Origin: an uncultured candidate division Zixibacteria bacterium | GTDB lineage: Bacteria > Zixibacteria > MSB-5A5 > UBA10806 | Length of the DNA: 64,000 nucleotides | Assembly: GCA_963817915.1 (NCBI GenBank) | Contig: CAWFQL010000011.1 | Coordinates: 64,001 to 128,000 of the forward strand | Direction: 5' to 3' | Shown: positions 10,621 to 20,084 of the stretch, one piece after another | How positions within the stretch are numbered: the stretch's first letter is position 1 | How the letters are laid out: every line of letters begins with the position of its first letter | Position numbers and translations under genes: made by a program | Notes under the pieces: model-generated | Told to the model about the DNA's origin: nothing | The model's database searches: none | The model's input: the letters and a program-made list of their open reading frames with translations, nothing else

Positions 10621-10921
10621 GATGGAATTAACCGGATTATTGAGGAAATACCGAAGCTCCGCCAGAAAATGGAAGGCAGAGAAATAATGATACCTGATAA
10701 AGATATCATTTTCCTGCTGGCTCGAAGCAAGTATGTCTCCAATATCAGTAAAATTAATTCCGCCTTGAAGTCTCCTAGATTATCCGATGGATTTCGAATT
10801 TCTGAATTGTCCTAAATCCAGCAGTAATTTCCCCACAGTGCATCCCCCCCTCAACCCCGCGCCCAACCCGCCGATAATCCCATCAGCCCCCAAAATGGGG
10901 CATTTTATTTGCTTATTTTCC

Positions 10922-10949
10922 TTGACATCCAATAATTTAACGCTAAATT
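10922..10949 (+). promoter_or_regulatory. sigma70-type promoter of the rplM operon
   Basis: TTGACA-N16-TAAATT upstream of rplM. Confidence 0.5.
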
Positions 10950-10994
10950 AGTCATTTTGTAGAATTTAGGTAGGACGGCTAAATTGGAGCCCAA

Positions 10995-11429
10995 ATGGAC
11001 ACGAAAACATTAGTACCGAAGCAAGACAGACTCAAACAAAAATGGTATCTCATCGATGCCGAAGGCAAGATCCTCGGACGACTGGCGACCCGTGTCGCTA
11101 CCATCATCAGAGGCAAGGATAACCCCCTCTTCACGCCGCATCTGGATATGGGAGCCTATGTCGTTGTAGTCAATGCCGGCAAAGTGGCGCTTAGCGGCAA
11201 GAAAAACGAAAACAAAGAATATATCTGGTACACCGGCTACCCGGGCGGATTGAGACGAACCACAGTCTCCAAAATGCTCGATAAGCACCCGGAACGGGTC
11301 ATCCAGAACGCGGTCAAGGGAATGCTTCCGCACAACAGGCTGGGACGTCGGCTCAATCTGAAGCTATTCGTCTACGCCGGCAAGGATCATCCCCATGCCT
11401 CGCAAAAACCGGAGAAGATAGAAATCTAA
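10995..11429 (+). CDS. rplM: 50S ribosomal protein L13
   Basis: [39 protein letters not shown]. Confidence 0.98.
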   Translation: MDTKTLVPKQDRLKQKWYLIDAEGKILGRLATRVATIIRGKDNPLFTPHLDMGAYVVVVNAGKVALSGKKNENKEYIWYTGYPGGLRRTTVSKMLDKHPERVIQNAVKGMLPHNRLGRRLNLKLFVYAGKDHPHASQKPEKIEI

Positions 11430-11450
11430 TTTAATCGTTTTGGAGGAATT

Positions 11451-11844
11451 TTGTCCGAAGCAGTAATCCAAGCAACCGGAAGAAGAAAAGAATCGACCTG
11501 CCAGGTTAGAATGAAGCCCGGCACCGGTAAGACAACTGTCAATGGTAAAGACATGGCCGCGTATCTTTGCCGCGCCAATCTTTTCATGCATGCCATGCGC
11601 GCTATCGAAGTCGCTGAATTGCAGGGGAAGATGGATATCGAATGTAAAGCCAGCAGGCGGCGGATTAACCGGCCAGGCCGGGGCAATCAGCCTCGCCATT
11701 GCCCGCGCGCTCGATAAATTCAATTCCGAGCTACACACTCTTTTGAAGCGCAATGGTCTTTTGACCCGCGACTCGAGAATGGTCGAACGGAAAAAGTACG
11801 GCCAGGTCAAGGCTCGCAAACGCTTCCAGTTCTCGAAGAGATAA
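11451..11844 (+). CDS. rpsI: 30S ribosomal protein S9; frameshift near 11650
   Basis: ATGRRKES...GTGK..VNG in one frame; [11 protein letters not shown]...[23 protein letters not shown] in the next. Confidence 0.95.
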
Positions 11845-11855
11845 TTTTTTAACGT

Positions 11856-11957
11856 CACACATCGGCGGACTTCGTATAGGGTCTCCGGCCGATCAGAGAA
11901 ATGATCGTCGTCAATGGAGCTATACCGAAGGTTGAACCCGATGGAGGAGAAACCAAC
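11856..11957 (+). promoter_or_regulatory. Structured rpsB 5' leader (probable S2 autoregulatory element)
   Basis: CACACATCGG...CCGATGGAGG closing helix next to the SD, with nested stems (CTTCG/CGAAG, TATAG/CTATA, CTCC/GGAG, GATCA/TGATC). Confidence 0.55.
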
Positions 11958-12734
11958 ATGTCAGAAGTAACCGTCAAGGATTTATTGGAATCTGGGGTAC
12001 ATTTCGGTCATCAGACCCGCAGATGGAACCCCAAAATGAAGAAATTCATCTTCACAGCCAAAAACGGCATCTATATCATCGACCTCAACAAGACTCTGTT
12101 GTCATTGAATAGAGCTTGCCAGAAGGTCTCAGATGTCATTGGCGATGGCGGCAAGATTCTTTTTGTCGGCACCAAAAAACAGGCCAAGGACATCATCAAG
12201 GTCAGTTCGGGTCGATGTGGTCAGTATTATATCACCGAACGTTGGCTGGGCGGAATGCTCACCAACTTCATGACTATCAAAAAGAATATCAAGCGGCTTA
12301 AAGAAATCGAAAAGATGAAAGAGACCGGCGTTTACGAGAAAATCACCAAAAAAGAAGTTAAAAATCTCGAAAAAGAACATGTCAGGCTGGATAAATTTCT
12401 TTCAGGTATCAGAGAGATGTACTCATTGCCGCAATTAGTATTTGTTGTCGATGCCAAGAAGGAACGTATCGCGGTCGCCGAGGCCAACAAGCTCAATATC
12501 CCGGTTATCGGTATTCTCGATACCAACAGCGACCCGGAACCGATCGATTATCCTATAGCGGCCAACGATGACGCCATAAAATCGATCTCAATTATTACCA
12601 AGGCAATTGCCGACGCGGCAGTCACAGCTCAAAATAAGGTCAGGGACGATGAGATGCAGGTAGCTTCTGCCGCCGCCGCCGCTGCCGCCGCAGCAGCCAC
12701 TGCCACAGATGCCGGTCACGAGGAGACTAAATAA
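11958..12734 (+). CDS. rpsB: 30S ribosomal protein S2
   Basis: LLESGVHFGHQTRRWNPKM, RWLGGMLTN, DTNSDP, ANDDAIKS; ATG at 11958 after GGAGG. Confidence 0.98.
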   Translation: MSEVTVKDLLESGVHFGHQTRRWNPKMKKFIFTAKNGIYIIDLNKTLLSLNRACQKVSDVIGDGGKILFVGTKKQAKDIIKVSSGRCGQYYITERWLGGMLTNFMTIKKNIKRLKEIEKMKETGVYEKITKKEVKNLEKEHVRLDKFLSGIREMYSLPQLVFVVDAKKERIAVAEANKLNIPVIGILDTNSDPEPIDYPIAANDDAIKSISIITKAIADAAVTAQNKVRDDEMQVASAAAAAAAAAATATDAGHEETK

Positions 12735-13327
12735 TGGAAATCAGCGCCAAGATAGTAAAAGAATTACGCGACATCACCGGCGCCGGTATGATGGATTGCA
12801 AAAAAGCATTGTCAGAGGCCGATGGTGAATTGGAAAGAGCCATCGCCATATTGCGTGAGCAGGGTCTGGCCAAGGCCGCCAAGAAAGCCTCCAGAGCCGC
12901 AAGCGAAGGTTTGATTTATTCGTATATTCATCCGGGCAGCAAGCTCGGTGTCTTGCTTGAAATCAACTGCGAAACCGATTTCGTAGCCCGCACCGATGAT
13001 TTTCAGGCGTTGGCCAAGGATGTTGCCATGCAAGTCGCGGCCGCGAATCCGCTGGTTGTCGAACGATCTCAGATCGATCCCAAGCTCATTGAATCAGAAC
13101 GGGAAATCTATAAGACCCAGGCTCTCAACGAAGGCAAACCCGAAAAGATATTGGATAAAATTGTCGAAGGCCGTCTCGAGAAATATTATCAGGAAGTGGT
13201 TCTTCTCGAACAGCCGTTCATAAAAGATCAAGACGTTACGATCAAAAACCTCGTCACCGATACTATTGGTAAAATCGGTGAGAATATTGTCATCAAAAGG
13301 TTCGCCCGGTATAGGCTGGGGGAATAA
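12734..13327 (+). CDS. tsf: Translation elongation factor Ts (short form)
   Basis: VKELRDITGAGMMDCKKAL, EINCETDFVA. Confidence 0.97.
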   Translation: MEISAKIVKELRDITGAGMMDCKKALSEADGELERAIAILREQGLAKAAKKASRAASEGLIYSYIHPGSKLGVLLEINCETDFVARTDDFQALAKDVAMQVAAANPLVVERSQIDPKLIESEREIYKTQALNEGKPEKILDKIVEGRLEKYYQEVVLLEQPFIKDQDVTIKNLVTDTIGKIGENIVIKRFARYRLGE

Positions 13328-14089
13328 TTGAACGACGCGCCCTCTGATTCGTCAGCGAGCGGACGAAAAACGCCCGATAAAATCAGGTTCAAACGGATAC
13401 TTCTAAAGCTTTCCGGCGAAATCCTCATGGGGGACAAGTCGGGAGGAGCCTTAGACGGTACCACTATCGATAATATTGCGGCCCAGATTGTGGAAGTTGC
13501 CGATCTCGGAGTTGAGATCGGTATTGTAATCGGCGGCGGCAATATTTTCCGCGGTCTCGAAGCGGCCACCGGCGGCATGGAACGAGTCAGCGCCGACCAT
13601 ATGGGAATGCTCGCCACTGTGATAAACTCCCTGGCGCTTCAGGAATATCTCGAAAAACGCGGCAAATTCACCCGTGTCATGAGCGCAATTAGTATTACCG
13701 CTATTGCAGAGCCATATATACGCCGCAGGGCAGTACGCCATCTCGAAAAACGACGCATAGTTATTTTCGCCGCCGGTACCGGCAATCCGTACTTTACCAC
13801 AGATACCGCCGCGTCTCTGCGCGCCAGCGAGATTAATGCCGATGTAATCTTAAAAGGCACCAAGGTCGATGGCGTATACGATAGCGATCCGATTAAAAAT
13901 CACGGGGCGATAAAATTCGATAAGGTCGGCTATCTCGATGTCTTGAACAAAGGGTTGAAGGTGATGGATGCTACCGCGATTTCGCTTTGCATGGACAACA
14001 AAATTCCCATCATCGTCTTCAATCTTTATAAAAATGATAATTTGAAACGAATAATTCTTGGTGAAAAAATCGGAACCCTTGTCGCATAA
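13328..14089 (+). CDS. pyrH: UMP kinase
   Basis: [34 protein letters not shown]. Confidence 0.97.
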   Translation: MNDAPSDSSASGRKTPDKIRFKRILLKLSGEILMGDKSGGALDGTTIDNIAAQIVEVADLGVEIGIVIGGGNIFRGLEAATGGMERVSADHMGMLATVINSLALQEYLEKRGKFTRVMSAISITAIAEPYIRRRAVRHLEKRRIVIFAAGTGNPYFTTDTAASLRASEINADVILKGTKVDGVYDSDPIKNHGAIKFDKVGYLDVLNKGLKVMDATAISLCMDNKIPIIVFNLYKNDNLKRIILGEKIGTLVA

Positions 14090-14101
14090 AAAGAGGATTC
14101 T

Positions 14102-14659
14102 ATGTTAAAAGAGATTTATCGCGACACTGAAATTCGTATGGCCAAAGCTCTTGAAGCATTGGCAAGGGAATTATCCCTGATTCGTACTGGAAAGGCAACT
14201 ACAGCGTTGCTCGATGGTGTAAAGGTCGATTATTATGGAACGCCGACTCCGCTCAAACAGGTGGCATCGGTGACTGCCCCGGATCCAAAATTATTAGTTG
14301 TACAGCCCTGGGAGAAAAGCCTGATTCCCGAAATCGTCAGGGCTATTCAAAAGGCCGACCTGGGCTTGAATCCAATTACAGAGGCTACTATTGTCCGTCT
14401 CCCCATTCCGGCGCTGAATGAGGAACGACGCAAAGAAATGGCCAAGGCGGTAAAGAAATTCGGCGAGGATAGCAAGATCGCCGTCCGAAATATTCGCCGC
14501 GATGCTCTTGAACATCTCAAAAAAGCTGAAAAAGATTCCAAAATCACCGAAGACGAGATGCATTTGGGCCAGAAGCATCTTCAAGATACCACCGATCATC
14601 AAATCACTAAAATCGATCACATGGTAGAGGCCAAAGAAGCCGAAGTAATGGAAGTGTAA
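14102..14659 (+). CDS. frr: Ribosome recycling factor
   Basis: IRTGKA, VDYYGTPTPL, LNEERRKE, VRNIRRD. Confidence 0.97.
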   Translation: MLKEIYRDTEIRMAKALEALARELSLIRTGKATTALLDGVKVDYYGTPTPLKQVASVTAPDPKLLVVQPWEKSLIPEIVRAIQKADLGLNPITEATIVRLPIPALNEERRKEMAKAVKKFGEDSKIAVRNIRRDALEHLKKAEKDSKITEDEMHLGQKHLQDTTDHQITKIDHMVEAKEAEVMEV

Positions 14660-14784
14660 ATTCCATTTTGTTGGAATTTCCGAATTAATGAAGGGACGTA
14701 TTGATATACGCCCCTTTTAATTTAGCTGAAAAAATCTATTCCAATATCTCCAATTATGTCTTATTAATTGATGTGGCTAAGGAT

Positions 14785-15532
14785 ATGGGCAAAAAAAATC
14801 TGAAAGATCAAGTAGTCGCCAAGGGCAATCTCCCTATCCATATCGCTATCATTATGGATGGCAATGGCCGCTGGGCCAAGAAACGAGGTCTGCCGCGCAC
14901 CGCGGGCCATCGCGCCGGTGTAAAAACAGTCAAAAAAATAGTCCGAATCGCTGGAGATATCGGATTAAAATATCTGACACTTTTCACCTTCTCGACTGAG
15001 AATTGGAAGCGGCCGCCCGGCGAAGTCTCTGCCATCATGAAACTACTTGGCGAGACGACCAAGAGAGAGTTGTCTGAATTGCTCGAAAATAATGTCAGAC
15101 TGATTACCACTGGTAATATCGAACAATTGCCATCTGAACGACGGGATATTCTGCTTGGATGCCATCAAACGAACCGCCAATAATTCGGGCCTTATCCTTA
15201 ATCTGGCTCTGAATTACTCCGGCAGAAATGAAATCATTTTAGCAGTAAAAAATATCGCGGCTGATGTTTCATCAGGCAAATTAAAACAGGACCAAATCGA
15301 CGAATCGATATTCGAATCATATCTCCAGACCAAGGGTATTCCCGATCCCGATCTATTGATAAGAACATCAGGGGAGATGCGAATTTCGAATTTTCTCCTC
15401 TGGCAGACATCCTATACTGAATTGTATGTTACTGATATCCTATGGCCTGATTTTTCAGAGAATGATTTCCTGACTGCCATACTTGATTATCAGGGTCGTG
15501 AACGACGATTCGGAAAGGTAACATCCAAATAG
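14785..15532 (+). CDS. uppS: Undecaprenyl diphosphate synthase; frameshift near 15155
   Basis: HIAIIMDGNGRWA and FSTENWKRP, then ALNYSGRNEI, PDPDLLIRTSGEMRISNFLLWQ, ERRFG in the next frame. Confidence 0.93.
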
Positions 15533-15533
15533 C

Positions 15534-16352
15534 ATGACATCAAATTTGGCCAAAAGGTTAGCAGTCTCAGCGGTCGGAATCCCCGCGCTGGTATTTATTT
15601 GCTATAAAGGCGGCTACTGGCTTTATGCGTTCGCGCTGCTGGTTTCAATATTGGGTAGCTGGGAATTATCTGCCATGCTGATGGCGAAAAATATCGAGAT
15701 CGGCAAACGACTAGCCACATTGCTGGCGATTGTAGTTGTTTCGATGTTCCAATTCACGGTCTTCAGGCAGGCCGGGCTTCTGGTGATATTCACGATCTTC
15801 GTCCTGGCGGCATTCCTGAAAATGATCGAATCGGGAATCGTCAATTATAATTCTCGCCTATCGCTTGCCATAATGGCGGCGATATATCCCGGTTTTTTTA
15901 TATCATTTGCGATCCTGATTCATAGGGATTATCAGGCCATCGGATGGGTGTTTCTGCTTTTTACATTCGTCAACACCTGGATTGCCGATACCTTCGCGTA
16001 TATGTTCGGACGATTGATCGGCAAAAAGAAACTTGCCCCAACTATATCGCCCAACAAAACCTGGGCCGGTTTTATATTCGCGTTCCCTGGCGGCGTCATA
16101 GCGTCATTTATGGCTTACCCGTTTGTCAAAGCCGAATGGAGAATCGAGCAATTGATTATTCTTTCGCTTATAGCCACATTATTTGGGCAGGTAGGCGATT
16201 TGATTGAATCTGCCATGAAACGGGACTGCGGCATCAAGGACTCATCGAATCTCATTCCCGGCCACGGCGGTATTCTAGATCGTTTTGATTCGCTACTATT
16301 CGCTCTTCCTGCAGTCTATTTCACATTGAAATTGCTCAGCAAAATCGATTGA
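15534..16352 (+). CDS. cdsA: Phosphatidate cytidylyltransferase
   Basis: DTFAY..G, ISPNKTW, GDLIESAMKR..GIKDS..IPGHGGILDRFDS; multi-TM. Confidence 0.95.
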   Translation: MTSNLAKRLAVSAVGIPALVFICYKGGYWLYAFALLVSILGSWELSAMLMAKNIEIGKRLATLLAIVVVSMFQFTVFRQAGLLVIFTIFVLAAFLKMIESGIVNYNSRLSLAIMAAIYPGFFISFAILIHRDYQAIGWVFLLFTFVNTWIADTFAYMFGRLIGKKKLAPTISPNKTWAGFIFAFPGGVIASFMAYPFVKAEWRIEQLIILSLIATLFGQVGDLIESAMKRDCGIKDSSNLIPGHGGILDRFDSLLFALPAVYFTLKLLSKID

Positions 16353-16363
16353 TATAATTTGTC

Positions 16364-17291
16364 ATGGATTCAAAACCATCCATAGATAAATTCAATATAT
16401 TCGACTACTTATTTTTTCTTCGTCCGATGCTGCATCCGCCGGTCTGGACTATCGTGATATTAGGCTATTATCGCTTTCAAGGCGGGGGAGGATCGCCGCA
16501 AAAATTACTTTATCTAATGCTATTGTCATCATGCGCGGCGGGGTTCGCTTATATAATTAATCAAATCGAAGATATTGAATCGGACAGAATCAATAATAAG
16601 CTTCATTTCCTTCCAATGGGATTAATCTCCGAAAATTCCGCCTTATATATTTGCAGGTTTTCTCGCGGGATTTGTTGTTGTGGCTTCATTTATGATGAGC
16701 GTGACTCTTGGAATAATGTTTTCAATCGGTTTGATTTTGGGAATTCTCTATTCGTCAAAACCATTCTATCGGCAAGAATCATTGGCTGTCGGGGATTCTG
16801 CTGAATGGCCTTGCGCATGGCACTATGACATTTCTATGCGGCTATGTTGGCGCGGGCGGCAATATTGTTAACGGGCTCATTAATTCGATTCCATATTTCT
16901 TTGCGGTTGTCGCTGTTTTTATCGGAACGACAATTCCTGATATTCCCGGCGACTCCAATTCAGGGAAAAGGACCATCGGCGTAATTCTTGGAATAAAGGG
17001 TGCGAATATCACTATGACTATCATGGTTCTGGCCGCAATTTTGTCGTCATGGCTTATCATGGACTTTGCAATTTAATCGCCTCTATTTCATGCCTTCCAT
17101 TTTATATTTACGCTCTATTTAAACCCAATGAGCGCAATTCATTACTGGCGATAAAATTATCGATCCTGTTTTTATCGATTGCCGCCTGTTATTATTTCTG
17201 GCCGTATATTCTGATTCTCTTGTTCCTGTTTGTAACCACGAGAATATACTATCGTTTCCGTTTTAACATGGTCTATCCGCGCCTGACTTGA
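16364..17291 (+). CDS. UbiA-family prenyltransferase, fragmented by about three frameshifts
   Basis: Overlapping hydrophobic ORFs containing INQIEDIESDRINNK, LYSSKPF and TTIPDIPGD...GKRT, the two Asp-rich UbiA motifs. Confidence 0.7.
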
Positions 17292-17324
17292 TTCGTTTTC
17301 GTCCCGGTCGATATACAGTTCGGG

Positions 17325-17887
17325 ATGAAAACTCGACTCTTTTTAATAATAATAGTGGCTCTATTTTTCGGCGCCTGCTCGGCTCCGGTCAGATATTACA
17401 GCAATGTTAATCCCGGCCAGCCGTTGTCGAAAAAATCCGCCGAGATTCTTATATCCAACGCCAAAAATCATGTCGGCGAGCCGTACAAATATGGCGGCGA
17501 CAGCAAACATGGCTGGGATTGCTCGGGCTTTGTCAGAGAAATGTATGACGATGCTCTCGCCATCAAGCTGCCTCGCAATGCTTCCGCCATGTATTCCGAA
17601 AGTATCAGAATATCACCCTCAAGCTGCCTCGCAATGCTTCCGCCATGTATACTGAAAGCATTAGAATCTCACCTTCGAAATTCCGCCCTGGCGATCTGGT
17701 ATTTTTCCGAATCAATTCGCAAAAGCCGTCTCATGTCGGTATCTATCTCGGCAACCGCCGATTTATCCATGTGTCAACCAGCGATGGTGTTGTGATTTCA
17801 TCTCTCGATGAGCATTACTACCAACGGCATTTCATAGGTATCCGCCGCCCTCGCCTTCAATCCCTCGCGCAGACAGACGACAAATAA
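17325..17887 (+). CDS. NlpC/P60 (C40) peptidase lipoprotein interrupted by a 56-bp tandem duplication
   Basis: Lipobox FGAC; PYKYGG..GWDCSGFV; RPGDLVFF..SHVGIYLG...FIHVS. Confidence 0.85.
17563..17674 (+). repeat. Imperfect 56-bp direct tandem duplication
   Basis: TCAAGCTGCCTCGCAATGCTTCCGCCATGTAT at 17563 and 17619, with diverged 3' parts. Confidence 0.9.
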
Positions 17888-17894
17888 ATGACCC

Positions 17895-18080
17895 GTGCGG
17901 TCGGGTCTCCGCACCCGACCGATATATGATATTCCGGTAGGGGTTTGATTCATCAAACCCTCAAAGGTCATCTACAAAAACAAATCAATGGTAGGGGCGA
18001 ACCTATGTGTTCGCCCGCTTCTTTCGGGCCGACGCGCGGGTCGGCCCCTACTCGCGGCGTCAGGAATCCCTTCCTGACGC
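17895..18080. repeat. REP-like palindrome cluster
   Basis: CGGTCGGGT..ACCCGACCG; GTAGGGGTTTGATTCATCAAACCC (17937); GTAGGGGCGAAC..GTTCGCCC with partner GGGCCGAC..GTCGGCCCCTAC; GCGTCAGGAA..TTCCTGACGC. Confidence 0.85.
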
Positions 18081-18174
18081 TCTTACCGCCCGCCAAAATT
18101 TATGTATCTTTTTATCGGCATTATGTAAACCTTTTCAGTTGACTGCCGAAATTATCTATGTAATGCTTACGACT

Positions 18175-19086
18175 ATGGCAGATAAACTCGATGGCTATCT
18201 TGATTACCTGAGCCTCGAAAAAGGTTTGGCAAATCTCAGTCTGGAATCTTACAAGACCGATATCGCCAAGTTCAGCCGTTTTATCGAGAGCAAAGGTATC
18301 AAGCCCGAAAATCTCAGGCAATCCGATCTGACGGGATTTCTCGAATTTCTTCGTCAGGCCGGCATGGCTCCAAGCTCTATCGCGCGGCATCTCAGCTCGA
18401 TCAAGGGGTATTATCGTTTCTTGCGCAAGGAGGGAGCGACCGAAAAGAATCCTGCCGAATCGATCACTGGCCCCAAGCTCTATCGTCCGCATCCCGGCGC
18501 GCTTTCGGTTGACGAGGTCTTCAAAATATTGGAAGTCACCAAGCAGTCCCGTAAATCCGACAAGACCAAAAAGCATCTGGCGATCAGAGACCAGGCCTTG
18601 CTCGAATTTCTCTACGGCACCGGCGCCCGCGTCTCCGAGGCCTGCGATACCAAGCGCGATGATCTCTATGCCGAAATGAAGCTCGTCCGTCTCTACGGCA
18701 AGGGTCGCAAGGAACGAGTTGTCCCCATGGGCAATGCTGCCTGGGCCGCTGTCAAAGATTATCTCGAAATTGCGCGACCGAAACTGGCCGGTCCTCACAG
18801 CAGCGATCATCTCTTCCTGAATAACCGAGGCGGACGAATCTCTCGGATGGGAATCTGGAAAATTTTGAATAAATATGTCAGCGCCGCCGGGATCACCAAA
18901 AAGGTTTCGCCGCATACCATGAGACATAGCTTCGCGACTCATCTATTGGCAGGCGGGGCCGATTTATTCGCGGTGCAGGAATTGCTCGGTCATGCTGATA
19001 TCACGACGACCGAAATATATACTCATTTGGACAAGGATTTTCTGATAACCGAACATCAGGAATTTCATCCAAGGGAAAAATGGTAA
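18175..19086 (+). CDS. xerD: Site-specific tyrosine recombinase XerD
   Basis: EKGLA..S..SY, SSIARHLSSIKGYY, RDQALLEFLYGTGARVSE, GKGRKERVVP, SPHTMRHSFATHLL, QELLGHADITTTEIYTH. Confidence 0.9.
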   Translation: MADKLDGYLDYLSLEKGLANLSLESYKTDIAKFSRFIESKGIKPENLRQSDLTGFLEFLRQAGMAPSSIARHLSSIKGYYRFLRKEGATEKNPAESITGPKLYRPHPGALSVDEVFKILEVTKQSRKSDKTKKHLAIRDQALLEFLYGTGARVSEACDTKRDDLYAEMKLVRLYGKGRKERVVPMGNAAWAAVKDYLEIARPKLAGPHSSDHLFLNNRGGRISRMGIWKILNKYVSAAGITKKVSPHTMRHSFATHLLAGGADLFAVQELLGHADITTTEIYTHLDKDFLITEHQEFHPREKW

Positions 19087-20063
19087 AGATCGAAGAAAAG
19101 ATAATTACCGACGTTGTTCATAAGAACAAACTCGAGAAACTTCATTGCGGGCTTTGCCAGCATGATATCTCTATCGAGCATCTGCTGGTAAAATCTGCCT
19201 CGATCTATGATATTGTCATCCATTGGTTCGATACTATCGAACAGCTCTATGAACATAATCAAAGGTCATATATCGATTTTGCGGTGCTGGCGTCGGGCAA
19301 GGATATGAACTGGCTAACTCCGATGATTCACCAAATCAAGACTCATTCGTCCCTGCAATTTATCCCAATAATGGTCTATGCCCCGGAGGCCACGAAGTCC
19401 ACAGTTGTCGGAGCCTATAAGACCGGAGTTGATGATATCGTGGCCGGAAATTGGGACATGGAGATTATCGAGGCCAAAATCGAAATGCTGATATCCCGTT
19501 CCAAACGAGACCTGAGTGTCAACCCGACAACTAAGCTGCCCGGCCCGAATGCGATCGAATTCGAAATCGATAGAAGACTCAATAAAGGTCAAAAATTCGC
19601 GGTCTGCTATGCCGATCTCGATAATTTCAAAGCCTACAATGATTATCATGGCTATGTCTATGGCGACAAGATGATTTTGATAACATCGCATATTATAAGG
19701 AATGTCGTTCAGGATTTAACCAACGATGGATTCGTCGGCCATATCGGGGGCGATGATTTTATCTTCGTTGTTCCGCTGGATTCGGTCGATGCTGTCTGCC
19801 AGAACATAATTGCCACATTCGACCGCATGGCGCCGTATCGTTATTCCGAGGCCGACAGGGAAAAGGGCTGGATCGAGGTTGCCAACCGCAGAGGCGTCAT
19901 GGAACGATTTCCGATTGTGACTATTTCGATCGCTGTGATTATCAATCAAAAAAAGATGTTCAGCCATCCCGGCGAAATGAGCCACATGATGGCCGATCTG
20001 AAAAAATATACGAAGACATTGCCCGGCTCGAATTACCTCATCGAACGCCGCAAAAAATATTAA
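19080..20063 (+). CDS. Diguanylate cyclase with degenerate N-terminal receiver domain
   Basis: NPTTKLPG, YADLDNFKAYNDYHG..YGD, HIGGDDF. Confidence 0.88.
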   Translation: MVKIEEKIITDVVHKNKLEKLHCGLCQHDISIEHLLVKSASIYDIVIHWFDTIEQLYEHNQRSYIDFAVLASGKDMNWLTPMIHQIKTHSSLQFIPIMVYAPEATKSTVVGAYKTGVDDIVAGNWDMEIIEAKIEMLISRSKRDLSVNPTTKLPGPNAIEFEIDRRLNKGQKFAVCYADLDNFKAYNDYHGYVYGDKMILITSHIIRNVVQDLTNDGFVGHIGGDDFIFVVPLDSVDAVCQNIIATFDRMAPYRYSEADREKGWIEVANRRGVMERFPIVTISIAVIINQKKMFSHPGEMSHMMADLKKYTKTLPGSNYLIERRKKY

Positions 20064-20084
20064 TTTATAAATATTATAGCTCGA

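Noticed and set aside
12668..13327. Poly-Ala GCC tract at the end of rpsB and short EF-Ts as novelties
   Set aside because: Low-complexity S2 tails and ~200-aa EF-Ts are known in many lineages
11451..15532. rpsI and uppS as true pseudogenes or programmed frameshifts
   Set aside because: Both are essential genes with intact motifs, no slippery-site pattern is seen, and similar indels occur across the window
18121..18942. 273-aa antisense ORF and similar shadow ORFs (e.g. 59872-60414, 48438-48920)
   Set aside because: They are fully antisense to well-supported genes, with no motifs or RBS
18007..19086. Tyrosine recombinase as the integrase of a prophage/integron; the extended 359-aa start
   Set aside because: The sequence is typical housekeeping XerD; no att sites, phage genes or attC cassettes were seen, and the N-terminal extension runs through REP hairpins
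19080..20063. Hypr-type GGDEF making 3',3'-cGAMP
   Set aside because: The specificity position is Asp (YVYGD), as in ordinary diguanylate cyclases
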